Shown here: in pieces, positions 37,970-50,166 of the stretch
Position numbering within the stretch: the stretch's first letter is position 1
Layout of the letters: every line of letters starts with the position of its first letter
Assembly (NCBI GenBank): GCA_047495785.1
Contig: JBLDXI010000054.1
Span: 1,426,001-1,490,000 of the forward strand
Source: Lepidodermella squamata
Lineage: Eukaryota; Animalia; Gastrotricha
Direction: 5' to 3'
DNA: 64,000 bases
Notes under the pieces: model-generated
Told to the model about the DNA's origin: nothing
The model's input: only the letters and a program-made list of their open reading frames with translations
The model's database searches: none
Program-made: the position numbers and the translations under genes

Positions 37970-38784
37970 CTTAGGAAAAATAATAATTTAGGAAAAAGTA
38001 CAACAAAACTACTCCCGAAAATTCATAATTTTCAATTGTTAGACAGAGAAGCTGCCATTCTTCTCGATCTCTTGCTGTTTTATTGATTTTTCTGATGCTA
38101 ATTTTATATTTAAAAAAATATTAAGTGAATAAGTTGGGAAAATTTTTCAATTTTAGGCAAAATGCCGAAATCGGTATTTTTATTTTTGAATTCCCAGCCC
38201 TCGCGAACCTACATTTTCTCGATGGCTTCGTATTCCGTATTCCAACGCGATTTCGCACCGTTTGGTTTAAAAATTATATAGGTTCGAGGATAGCGTGTAT
38301 CTGCAATTCGGACTCAAATTTTGTGGCTCGTAAAACTAAAAGGTTTTCAGCAAAATTTTTACATCTGCCTCAAACTCATCTCTCAAACTCGGTGTCACCG
38401 CCTGGTGACTCTGATAAGATTGCTGAGATTTCTCTCATTTTCTGGTCACTTTAAACAAAAATCTTCAGAAATAGCGTTAGCTTTATTCGAACGGAAAAAA
38501 GCTGTTGTGAAATTGCATTTTATTTCGTTTTAAATTGAAAAATGGAATTTCACAATAAAAAAATGAATTTTCCGCGAGCAGATGAAAGAGACCCGATATG
38601 TAAAAAGTGTATAAAAATATTGAAAAAAACTGCGAAAAATGCCAACATGAAAAACAACTCTTTATTTCGCCCACTCAATAAACTCATGGTGACCGAGTCT
38701 AATTCTGTTGTAGGAGTCATTGGTTATAATATTCTTTCAATGGCAGTTTGTTTTCAAATGACTTTTTTCAGCGTCGTTTTCTGA

Positions 38785-39953
38785 TTAAAAGGGAGTTTCC
38801 GGACGGCTGGCCAGGTAGGCCTTGATCTCCGGTGTTGCCTCAACCGCGTTCTTGATCGCAACCAGCGTGGGGTATTTAGCTTCAATGTCAGCCCAATCGA
38901 CGAACGGTTGGGCAGAATCTAGCGCAGTAGCTAGCGCAACATCGGCATAGGTGTACTGAGAATAAAACGAATTTAAAAAATTAGAGGAAATTTCAGTGAT
39001 GTCTTACAGCATCTCCTCCGGCAATGTTTTTACCGCCATGGGCCAGGGCTTGTTTTTCCAAGTAGCCAAGATTGCGAGGAATAATGTCAGTTTTCAGCTT
39101 GGCAGACGCTTCATCCTGAACAAAAAACGGCGCAGATTTCATTTTAAAAAGAAGCCTAGAAATTCGGGTTCTTGAATTTACCTTTTTAGCTGCGTCTTGA
39201 TCCCTGAACACCGCGTATAATGCATCCCAGACGTCGCGCAAGCTGAAAAACGTTTATAAAATGGTTTAGCGTATCTACGCGCTATACGCGACCGGAAAAC
39301 TGCAAGCTCGAAAATAATTCAAGTTCTCGGGAATTTTATGATTAATAAATAAAATCCAGATAAATAACCATAAAATTCCGCGAGGGTTCCGGCACTAACA
39401 TTTTTCTAAAGTATTGTTCACCGTGTTACCGATTTTACAATTTTGTGATTTTTTCTTCTTAAAACCTCGATATCAGAGGGCAACTGTCTGTAACCTCCTT
39501 TTTACAATATTCCGGCGGAATTTCATGATAATTTCGTTGTGAAAATCAATAAAATTAAATAAAAAAATACAATTTCGCTAAATTATGCAAAACCCTGTGC
39601 AATAATAATAATCCCATCTCTATGGAAAAATTCTAAAATTACATTTCAAACGCTTCATCTGCCCTCGCTTCTTCCATCGGAGTTTTGCCGATAAGCCCGG
39701 CCGATTTAGCTAGCATGCGAGTGATAGCTGCGCTTTGGCACACCACGTGGCTAGTTCCATCAGCATGCGTTATCTCGAGTATCGGAAGCTGCTCGACCGG
39801 CATTTTCGGCTTCATCGTCGGCCAGTCGTCCCTGTTTATACGGACATCTTCGAACGCTATCTTGGCGTAGTGCAAAATGTAGCGCATTGTTTCGGCCTTG
39901 CCGCGAGCGGCAAAGTATGTCAGCTTGAACTTTTTGTCACCGCAAGCAGCCAT
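38785..39953 (-). CDS. GST sigma-class-like (copy 8, MAACGDK subtype)
   Basis: 4 exons. YFAARGKAE, PVEQLP, CQS; ends RPETPF-TAA. Confidence 0.92.
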
Positions 39954-40900
39954 GGCTTTGTATAATTAGATTTAATTAAGACAACTTTAAAAGATGCAAA
40001 TGCCGTGAAATAAAAGGTTCGATACGTTAGGTAGATGGATAAATATTCTAATGAAAAATGAAATAAATATTCTAAAACCGATGTGAACAATTTTGGGCCG
40101 GAAGAAAGTGATAGACACGTGGCTAATTTTTGCCAGTCATTTTACGCATTCAAAATCGATTGCTATGACGAAGTGACCGTTGAAACAGAAAAAAATTATT
40201 TACGTGAGTGATAAAAATAGATTGCCAAATCTTGCGGGCAAAAACACGTAGGAAAATTCGTGAAACCAAGGCAAGAACGAGCTGAAACTAATGCATAATT
40301 ATTTGAACAATATTATTTAAAAATTTTTAAAGATAGTATGTGCAGAAATTTCAATTTTAAGCAGAACAGCGAAATCGGTTTTTTTTTAATTCGAAGTGCC
40401 TATTTGTACAGAATAAAGTGGCATATTTTAACTATTTGCACATAATATTATAATTGAACTTGGCGTTTCCACCAAGGGTTTCCTTTAGGGGTTTCAGGGT
40501 TAGTTTCAGGGTTCGGGTTCGGGTTAGTGTTCAATTAGTTAATTCCCAGCCCTCGTGAACCTACATTTTCTGGATGGCTTCGTATTCCAGCCGCGCAATT
40601 CGCAACGTTTGGTATATAATGGTATATAATGTTGTGACATTCCATTTTATCTTGCTTTAAATAAATAAATAAAAATTTCACAATAAATAATTAATTTTCT
40701 GCAGTGATTGAAAAATGCAAAAATCTGTACCTATAAAATTCCAACGTGAAAAACAACTATTTATTTCGAGCACACCTCGGGGTGACCAGGTCACGATCCT
40801 GTTACAGGTTACATTAGTTACAATATCGACACAAGTGAAATATTCTTTCAGTGGCAGTTTGTTTTTAAATGAATTATTTTCGGCAACATGGCCTGTCTTC

Positions 40901-43233
40901 TTAGATGGAGGATTCCGGACGGCTGGCCAGGTAGGCCTTGATCTCCGGAGTTGCCTCAACCGCGTTCTTGATAGCAACCAGCGTCGGGTATTTAGCCTCA
41001 ATATCAGCCCAGTCGACGGACGGTTTAGCCGAATCTAGCGTAGTAGCAACGGCAATATCAGCATAGGTGTACTATGAGTAAAAAACGATCATTCGATGGA
41101 TACAAATTTAGAGAAAATTTCTGTCAAGTCTTACAGCATCTCCTCCGGCAATGTTTTTACCGCCATGGGCCAGGGCTTGTTTTTCCAAGAAGCCAAGATT
41201 GCGAGGAAAATTGTCAGTTTTGAGCTTGGCAGCCGCTTCATCCTGAACAAAAACGGCGCAGAATCAAATTTTATAAAGTGTTGCCTAGAAATTCGGGTTA
41301 TTGGTGCTTTAAAGATACCTTTTTAGCTGCGTCTTGCTCCCTGTACACCGCGTAAACCGCATCCCAGACGTCGCGCAAGCTGAAAAAATTTCATAACAAA
41401 TTTTAGCTCACGTTCCAGCGACCGGAAAACGTTGTTTTCGCTTTTTTGAGAAAATTGTCGCGAGCCTCCGCTTAATTCCGAATGTTTACACTTCACCAAC
41501 AGTACTTTCAGATTTTCATTAATAGGGTAAATTTTTGAATATTAGAATTAAACGAAAAATCGCTTCCAAATTTTGAACAAAATTTCAGGTTAGAAAATCC
41601 AGGTAAATTATACAGAAAGGTTTGCCAGGGTTCCTGCATTAGATTTCTCTAAAATACTGCTTACGAAATTTTCGATTTTACGAATCTCTGATTCTTCCGG
41701 TAATATCGAGTTGGCTTAAAAGCCGAACTTGAATCTTTTTTTCTATACCTGTTATATTGATAGGAAGTGGCTATTCACAAAGTGACTATTTACACCCAGT
41801 GGGTGTTCTTAAGATGCTAAATACACCCTTTTCGGGTGTAAATAGCAAGATTAGAGCACCCACTGGGTGTAAATAGTCACCTTACGACACCCACCAGGTG
41901 GGTGCAGATAGCCTTGACCATATTGATAAAAGGTTTATAAGGTGCCTCATTGTTATCGATCAAACTGGAAAAAATCGCTTTATAACTCGATTTATAACCT
42001 CATATTCTATGGCAATATTCTATGGTCTATGTATAGATAGAGCCCTAGAGGAGGCCAGTTCCGAGAAACTAGCCGTATCGTGGGCTCTATTTTACATATT
42101 ACTCGGGAGGAAGCTGTTACCCTCTTCGTTTTACGTGGGTAAATACCCCTAAAAAATGCGGAAAATCACATAGGTAGAGCGATTTTGAAAGAATAAAAAA
42201 TCCACCTTAAAACTAAAAAGCTCAAATTTGCAATATGGTTCTTCTGAACCGCTTTGCGCGTCGCTAAAAGCCCAATTTTTCAGTGTTTCTCGCCCAGTTT
42301 CGGTGTCGGAAGCATTAAAAACGAGCGAATGTTTGAGAATCATTCGCTTTAAACTGATCTAAGCAGGGATTTCAATTATTTTTATGATTTTCAAAAATGC
42401 AATTTCTTTGCAATTCTGGAATAGAAATTGAGATGACTAGATGGCTTTTCTCGTGATCGCAAGGTGTTGACCTTTCAGTAAACATGATCAATCTAGCTTT
42501 GCTCCACCGAAATAATCTGATTCAGGTTTTCAATAGTTTTTCTCGCTCCGCTCGAAAAAATTCAAGTTCGATAGCACACTACCTTCTCGCTACGCTCGGC
42601 CCATCTCGCTTTGCTCGATCGAATACCTTGCCCCGTGATGCTCGCTTTTTGCTCGCGTTTCACGGCGGGGCAAGGTTTTCGGTCGCTGAAATGCATTGCT
42701 CGCTTCGCTCGCGTCTTTTAAAAAATCCAACTTGAAAGTGTTATTATGCAAAATTACTATGTTTACTATGTTTACTATGTAGCTTCCTCTAGAGTACTAT
42801 GGGAATTTTATGATAATCTAGTTAAGAAAATCAAAAATAATCTAAATCTCGCTAAATTATGCAAAATCCTGTACAATAATAATAATAAAAATAGCACCTC
42901 TATTGAAAAATTCTAAATTTACATTTCAAAGGCCTCATCCGCCCTCGCTTCTTCCATCGGATTTTTGCCCGACAGCCCAGTCGATTTCGCTAGCATGCGA
43001 GTGATAGCTGCGCTTTGGCACACCACGTGGCTAGTCCCATCAGCATGCGTTATCTCGAGTATCGGCAGCTGTCCAACTGGGGTTTTCGGCTTTAGCGGCG
43101 GCCAGTCGTCCTTGGTTATGCGGAAATCCTCGAAGGCAATCTTGGCGTAGTGCAAAATGTAGCGCGCTGCTTCGGCCTTGGTGCGAGCGTCGAAGTAGGT
43201 CAACTTGAATTTTTTACCACCGCACGCAGCCAT
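40901..43233 (-). CDS. GST sigma-class-like (copy 9)
   Basis: 4 exons with a ~1.5-kb repeat-containing intron 1. YFDARTKAE, PVGQLP; ends RPESSI-TAA. Confidence 0.9.
41782..41880. repeat. Palindromic element inside intron 1 of GST copy 9 (likely TE-derived)
   Basis: gtgactatttacacccagtgggtg ... cacccactgggtgtaaatagtcac. Confidence 0.6.
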
Positions 43234-43489
43234 GACGTAGTAAGCAGTTACAATTTAAATAAGATAACTTTAAAAGATGCGGTGCAATAAGGATAGACAA
43301 ATGGAGACAGATTGAGTCACACGGCGAAAATGTTGAAATTTACCGCAAGATTTTATCGATGTATTTTAGCTAAGTACGCAAGCCGGCTTACAAAAAGATT
43401 GACCAACTTTTACGTGATTATGGACTGTTTCAGTTTCATTTTTACTAATTGAGACAAAATTGGCAAAAGGATGAGCGTCATCTATCATC

Positions 43490-43817
43490 CACTCGCTTTC
43501 GGGCCTGCGGTCGACCAAGCCGCTAGAAATTGATACCGCTTTGCGGGTAATGGGCTGGAATGCTGCGAACACCTGGCCCCGGATCCAGCATGCATACCTC
43601 GGTATTGGTTAAGCGTCCGCTGTGCTTTCTCTGAAGGTCAGTGGTTCACATCCAAGTCACGGCGCTTGTCCATGTGTCACTGAGAGCAGAGCACTTGACC
43701 CCTACTGATCCGGCTGAGAGGCAGCAATACCCTCGGGCGTCGACCGTCGACCCTTCTCGTCTGAACTCAGTGTGCGACTTTCAGTGGGATTTTAGGGGGA
43801 TTTTAGGGGGATTTTAG
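43490..43817 (+). mobile_element. tRNA-derived SINE-like sequence
   Basis: A-box-like ggttaagcgtccg, B-box-like ggttcacatcc, a CORE-like segment gtgtcactgagagcagagcacttgaccc and a (ggggattttag)x3 tail. Confidence 0.5.
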
Positions 43818-44109
43818 TTTCAATTTTTAATTAGAAATGAATAAGCGCTCGAGCTTTTTGTGCTAAATGAAAAAAATGTATTGGCACGAGAAACTGAACA
43901 AGCGAAATTTAGCGGCGCCCTCGCCGCCGCCTTGTCGAGGGCATTTGTTTGCGAAGCGGCTAGATATTGTTATGTTCGCGCGAAACCAACAACACCGCCT
44001 CAGCCTGGGATCGCGACAGCTGGAATCATTCACGCCACGCAGCGCCACTAGCTCATTTCATCACTTTTCATTTTAATATTTCATTTAATAAAAATCTACA
44101 GGCCTTAAC

Positions 44110-44643
44110 ATGATGACTGTTTCTTTGATCGCAACGTCATTCTGTCTCGCTGTTGTTGCATGCAATCCCACGCCACCCGAGTTGCCGACAAGTAAAATTG
44201 ATACCAAAAAGGCCATTAGTTATCAATGATCGTTATCTTGAATTCGTATTCTTTGATAGCTTCCAGCAACAACTTGCCGCCGAAGATTCTGACAAGTAAG
44301 TTTATGCCAACTTCCAGGATGCCTTGTTAACTCCAATAATTTCTTCATAGCTCCTGAGCCTGTTACAATGGAAAATTTCCCGAAAAAAGGTAATTGCTGA
44401 TTCATGTCACTCTATCTTTTTTAATTGGCAATCATTATAGTTTGCATATCAAGGTTTTTTTTTTATACCGTATGCTACGACATCTCAGGGCCACACACCA
44501 AAGCCAATTTGGAAATCTACATGAAAGCTTTCAAGACATATTTTTTTGAGTACAAGGGAAATAATATGACTTTTTATGATTTTGTGAATATATACACTGC
44601 CACCTCGACAGCTGCACCCTCGTTGTCAACACACCCTCTTTAA
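44110..44643 (+). CDS. Small secreted peptide precursor encoded by a 4-exon micro-exon gene (119 aa)
   Basis: Exons 44110-44191, 44260-44295 (36 nt), 44351-44389 (39 nt) and 44441-44643. Introns of 68, 55 and 51 nt are all GT-AG and phase 1. Signal peptide MMTVSLIATSFCLAVVAC; AATAAA at 44831. Confidence 0.75.
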
Positions 44644-46190
44644 TTGAAACACTTTTTTGACTCTCAGCGGTCGCGTGGCACCATCTGTTCAATCTTTATT
44701 CTTATCGCTAAATTTATTTTCGGCGAACCATGCATGATCCATCTATACTCCAGCATTGCAATTGAATGTTGTGTAATCCTTAAATATAATATATTTCCTT
44801 TATTGATATTTCCTAAATGAATGTCCTCCAAATAAAATGTTTGAAGGTGGTGGTAAAATCTGTATTATCGGAACGTTGCTATTATACGTAAAATCTATTG
44901 ATACATTTATCCGCGCTCGGGCCAGTCTATAACGTGCTCGTATGCGACGTTTTGTCACGGAAACATAAAACAGTCAACTGCTACCCTTAATTATTTATTT
45001 ATTGAAATAAGGCTTATTTCCTTAAGCAGTTTAACTTTTTAAAATTTAAACACCAAAAAGGCTTGTTGCTAGCCCTGTACGCTTCTCCATACGAATCGAT
45101 AAGCCTAAGTTTAATAGCTGTTGCCCTTGAATATTTTTAGCTCTTTTGGAACTTAAATACGCAAAATTTTTGCTCGCTTCGCTCGCCTTCTTTCTAAAAT
45201 GACGAAGTTTAGGAAACTGATTCGCTTATCTGACTCTATACTTTATTCGATTGTTCGACTTCATAATCAGAGATAACTTCATTCTCCATGTTTACACAGG
45301 TGCTATGTGAGATCAAAGTTCACCATAAGCGCATAATTCAAAAGATATGTTCTCAATGCTTAATTTTTAGACCATTGTAACCAAAAAATCAGTAGAAATA
45401 TCGTTAGCTAAAGCTCGCTTCGCTCGCGGTTTACAATTTAACTATATCTTTATATGCAAATTCGCCGAGATGAACCATACGGTTTGTCAATCATTCATTA
45501 AGTGCAGCTTCCCATAACTTTCATCTTAGAGGCGTTTACAATAGCACTAACTACTACTAGCTTGTGCCGGAGATGCCCAACTTGTTATCCCCATAAAAAA
45601 GTAATGAAAAATGTGTTAATTACTGATTTAAACACCAAACAATTTGGGTTAAACACCATTCAAGGTCTTAAGGAAAACACTGGCAAAAATACCCTCTATT
45701 AAACGATTTTTCTAAGAAAGTAAAAATAAATTGTCAACAAGTCGGTAAAATATCAGGCACGTGGCTGATTTTTCATCTACGCATCCGCTAAAATGACGTA
45801 GTGAGCGCCATAACGAACAACAACTATAATCACGTAGATACGTGAGCGATAAAAATAGATTAGCGAATCAGTGATTGCGAAACATGATGGAAAAAAGTGG
45901 ATGAAATTGATGAAAATCCAGGAGAAAATGCCCGTATTAGAATTTTCCCGCGCGCTAAATTTCGAACTGGTCAATTCAAATAAAATAGCACAAGAAAACA
46001 AAAAAATCTACAGAAATTCGCCTCGATTTCAGAGGACGAATGCAGTACTCTTTTTATGAATTATTATTTATTGTTATTGGAGATTCTATGATAATCCCCC
46101 TGTTGAAACCCCCTCGAGATTAAATCAAATTTTTGCGAAATTGGAATGATTTCTTTCTGATTATACGATAATAGCAACACCTAGCAAATG

Positions 46191-46274
46191 CTAAAAAAGT
46201 TATTCTTCGCTTCACGAATGATGCCGTGAAAACTAAAAAAGTTATTCTTCGCTTCACGAATGATGCCGTGAAAA
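46191..46274 (+). repeat. 42-bp direct tandem duplication
   Basis: ctaaaaaagttattcttcgcttcacgaatgatgccgtgaaaa occurs twice. Confidence 0.9.
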
Positions 46275-46334
46275 CTGTTACTGTACGAGTTTCTGAGCGG
46301 CTAAATCCCCGAGTTGTGTGGCTTATTTAATCTA

Positions 46335-46600
46335 TTTTTATTTTTTATTTTTATTTTTATATTTTTATTCATATTTTCGGCACCACACTGATGTTAACAG
46401 TGTTGGCCTAGATCGTTCTTCTGGCCTTTAAAACAGTCTATGTCAACAACGTTAGGGAAGGCGTCTCTCGGGATGTTATTCCATTTTTCGATTATTTCCA
46501 GTATTTGCCTGTACGGCTTTGTGTCGCTGGTCGACGGCTTTTCACGCAGGGTGATTTGATGCCAGTGTTTCCTTGCATAACAGTAATGTTCGGCTATTTT
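46335..46600 (-). mobile_element. 3' remnant of a CR1/L2-like LINE
   Basis: Minus-strand IIEKWNNIPRDAFPNVVDIDCFK resembles the C-terminal WNxLP...FK motif of CR1/L2 ORF2, followed by an (AATAAA)n-like tail. Confidence 0.5.
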
Positions 46601-46800
46601 GTTCCTCGTTGGCTCGCTTGGGCAATTGGCAACCTAAGGCATTTACCAGGGGTTATGGTCACTTCAAAATCTTCAAAATTCTTCAGAAAAGCGTTAGCTT
46701 TATTCGATCGGAAAAAGCTGTTGTAAAATTCCATTTTATTTTGTTTTAAATTTAAAAAGAATTTCACGTCGGGAATTTTTTTCGGCGTCATTTTCTGCTT

Positions 46801-49800
46801 TTAGATGGCAGTTTCTGGACGGCTAGCTAGGTAGGCCTTCATCTCCGGAGTTGCCTCAACCGCGTTCTTGATCGCAACCAGCGTCGGGTATTTAGCTTCA
46901 ATGTCAGCCCAGTCGACTAACGTCTTAGCAGCATCTAACGTAGTAGCAAGCGCTATATCGGCATACGTGGGCTGGATAAATAATTTGTAATAAAAATAGA
47001 AGGAAATATCAATCTTACAGCATCTCCTCCGGCGACGCTTTTACCGCCATGGGTCGAGGCTTGTTTTTCCAAGTAGCTTAGATTGCGAGGAATATTGTCA
47101 GTTTTGAGCTTTGCAACCGCTTCATCCTGAAATTTCAATTCAATTTTCAAAAGAAACACTGTCGTGGTGCCCAGAAATTCAATTTTTCGTAATTGTTTAC
47201 CTTTTTAGCTGCGTCTGGCGCCTTGTACACCACGTACACGCCATCCCAGACGTCTCGCAAGCTGAAAAAGTTAATAACACATTTTACCCACGACCTGAAA
47301 AAGTTGTTTCGCTTTTTTCAAAAAAATTTTCGGTAACCTCCCGCGAATATTTTCACTTTTCACTACACCGGGTTAACCGGCGGTAATTTCCGGTTAACCC
47401 GGTCTGAACCTTGAATTTACGAGGACCGAACCGAACCGGACCGGAGGCTCTGAAATTAGGACCGGCACAGCTCTATTTTGAATAATGGAATTGAACTAAC
47501 AATTGCCTCCGCATTTCGAACAAAATTTTGAATCGATGATAAAAAAATCCAGGTACATTTTTGCCAGGGTTCCTGCACTAGATTTTTCTAAAATATTGTT
47601 TACCAATTTTGGATTTAAAAAATAAGTGATTTTTCGGAGATTTTATATTTCGCAATTTATTATAATAATAATATAATAATGTTTTTATTTATCCTCTTCG
47701 GGACTGAGCGTCGTGTACCGTTTCCGGTTTTGAAGAGGGCGAAGGCAGGCGAAGAATGATCCTCACCCACCCCCACAGTCGAGGATTCTGCTTTTTGTAT
47801 AGAATTCGTAATTTTCAATCGAGTTAACAACCATGCGCCATTCATCTTTTTCAAAAGAAACCGATTCCGCTAGTTGGACATCGGGAATAATTTTGATCTC
47901 AAAATCCTTTTCGCCGGGATTTTTTCTATTTTCTCGTTTCTTAGTGGCTTTATTTTTCTTATCCTTGACCTTATTGTTCTTATTGGTTTTCTTTTTCCGG
48001 CGAATTTCCTTAGTAAGACCTACTTTAATTAGGCTTCTATGCACTCCGTTGATCCATCTGGTTCGAGGTCTACCTCTGGGTGCAAACCACCCAAGCGGAG
48101 GCGTCCAAATATATATTTTGTGTATTAGTCCTTCTACGTCATAGTCACGTGACCTAATTATGTGCCCTAGATACCTTAGCCTTTGTTTTTCAACAATGCG
48201 GCTCACTTCAATGAGACCTCCGCATAACGCAAGTCGAATGTCTATATTTGGAATATAGTCCATTAGGTGGACACCTACTATAGATCGAAGCCATCGATAT
48301 TCTATAGTGTTTAGTCTATTTTCTTGGGCTATCGATATGTTCCACGATTCGCAGGCGTAAATGATGGTAGGTATTATAACACATGTCAGTACCTTAAGTT
48401 TTGTAGCTATGGAAACCTGACTTTTGTTGCACATGAATTTATTCATGGCGCCGAAAACACTGCCTGCCTTAGAAATTCTGTAGTTTAGTTCCTCATCGAT
48501 TTTGCCGTCACTGGTAATAATGCTCCCTAAATATTTAAATTTGGTCACTTTTTCAAGTTTTTTCCCGTTCAATTCCAATTCGTAATTTTGAGTGGCTGAC
48601 TCGTCTCTAGAAATAATCATATATTGAGTTTTTGCCGCGTTAATTTTCAGACCCAATTCGGTGCAAGCCAAATCGAAAATGTGAAGTAGTCGTGAAATTT
48701 CGTCGTGGTTCATGCCTAAAAGTGTTCCGTCGTCAGCAAACGCTAGTAAATTTAGGAAATCAGTCTCGCTCATAGCGGTCTCGCTGTTTGCGGTCTCGCT
48801 AATAGGAAAGCCTAATTTTTCAGCAGATATTTTTTCGCAAATTTTGTTGAAGGTCGCTATGAATAGCAAAGGAGACAACGGGCAACCCTGTCTTAGTCCC
48901 CTGGTAACATAGAAGAAATCTGAGAGCTCAGAATCGACTCTAACAGCAACTTTATTTACTTTATATAGACTTTGAATAGCTTCAATTAAGCTGGGTTCTA
49001 CACCCATATTTTGGAGGGCGGCCCATACTTTTTCCCTGTCCACCAGATCATAGGCTTTTTCGAGATCGATGAAGACTAGGTGAAGTTCCTTCTTAAAGAA
49101 TATAATTTTCTCAATAATTTGTCGGAGAACGTAAATGCAGTCTCTGGTGCATTTATTATATTTGAAAAAATTAAAAAATTAAAATTAAAATTAAATTGAA
49201 ATAAAGGTGAAATGTCAACTCATCCGCGACAAGTCATCCGGTTACAACTCATCCGCGACAACTCGTCCAGCGACAACTCATCCGAAATTAAATAAATATT
49301 TAAATAATTATTTTTAGTGACAACTCATCCGGTGACAACTGGTCCGGCCCGGCCGAGTTGTCGCGGATGAGTTGTCACTAAAATTAAATGATTAATTATT
49401 TTTCAATTATTATAATTCTCGGACAACTCGTCCACGGACAAGTCATCTGCGACAACTCATCCGAATTTACCAACAAATGTTATATTTCGAATTTCGGATG
49501 AGTTGTCCGCGGACGAGTTGTCTGAAAATTAAAAAAAAATTAATTATTTAATTTTAGTGACAACTCATCCGCGACAACTCGGCCGGGCCGGACCAGTTGT
49601 CACCGGATATGAGTTGTCACTAAAAATAATTATTTAAATATTTATTTAATTTCGGATGAGTTGTCGCTGGACGAGTTGTCGCGGATGACTTGTCGCGGAC
49701 GAGTTGACCGCGGATGAGTTGACGCCCCACGGAAATAAAAACTTTTTTAATTAAAAGCTAAAAAAAAATCATTTTTAAATTCAGCCTAATTTCGCTTATG

Positions 49801-50166
49801 CAAAAACCTCTACAATAACAATGATAATAGCACCCTTAAAAAATGCTGAAATTACATTTCAAACGCCTCATCCGCCCTCGCTTCTTCCATCGGACTTTTG
49901 CCCAAAAGCCCAGTCGATTTCGCTAGCATGCGAGTGATAGCTGCGCTTTGGCACACCACGTGGCTAGTTCCATCAGCATGCGTTATCTCGAGTATCGGAA
50001 GCTGTCCAACTGGCATTTTCGGCTTCGTCGTCGGCCAGTCGTCCCTGGTTAGGCGGACATCTTCGAACGCAATCTTGGCGTAGTGGAACATGTACCGCAT
50101 TGTTTCGGCCTTGCCGCGAATGGCGAAGTACGTCAACTTGAACTTGTTGTCACCGCAAGTTGCCAT
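46801..50166 (-). CDS. GST sigma-class-like (copy 10); intron 1 (~2.6 kb) carries a LINE and a foldback element
   Basis: 4 exons in frame. YFAIRGKAE, PVGQLP, LRDVWDG; ends RPETAI-TAA. Confidence 0.88.
47665..49150 (-). mobile_element. 5'-truncated non-LTR retrotransposon (RTE-like LINE) with an uninterrupted RT fragment
   Basis: Open frame ~49148-47763 with FIDLEKAYD, GLRQGCPLSPLLF, FADD, FKYLGS and RGRPRTRW. (TTA)n 3' tail; 10-bp TSD ATTTATTATA at 47655-47664 and 49151-49160. Confidence 0.93.
49206..49731. mobile_element. Foldback MITE built of gacaactcatccgc subrepeats, 8-bp TSD
   Basis: Near-palindrome with ends GGTGAAATGTCAACTCATCCGCG and CGCGGATGAGTTGACGCCCCACG. TSD GAAATAAA at 49198-49205 and 49732-49739. 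Confidence 0.8.

Noticed and set aside
49206-49731. Repeat-spacer appearance suggestive of a CRISPR array
   Set aside because: Eukaryotic context, repeats in both orientations, no unique constant-length spacers and no cas genes; explained as a foldback TE.
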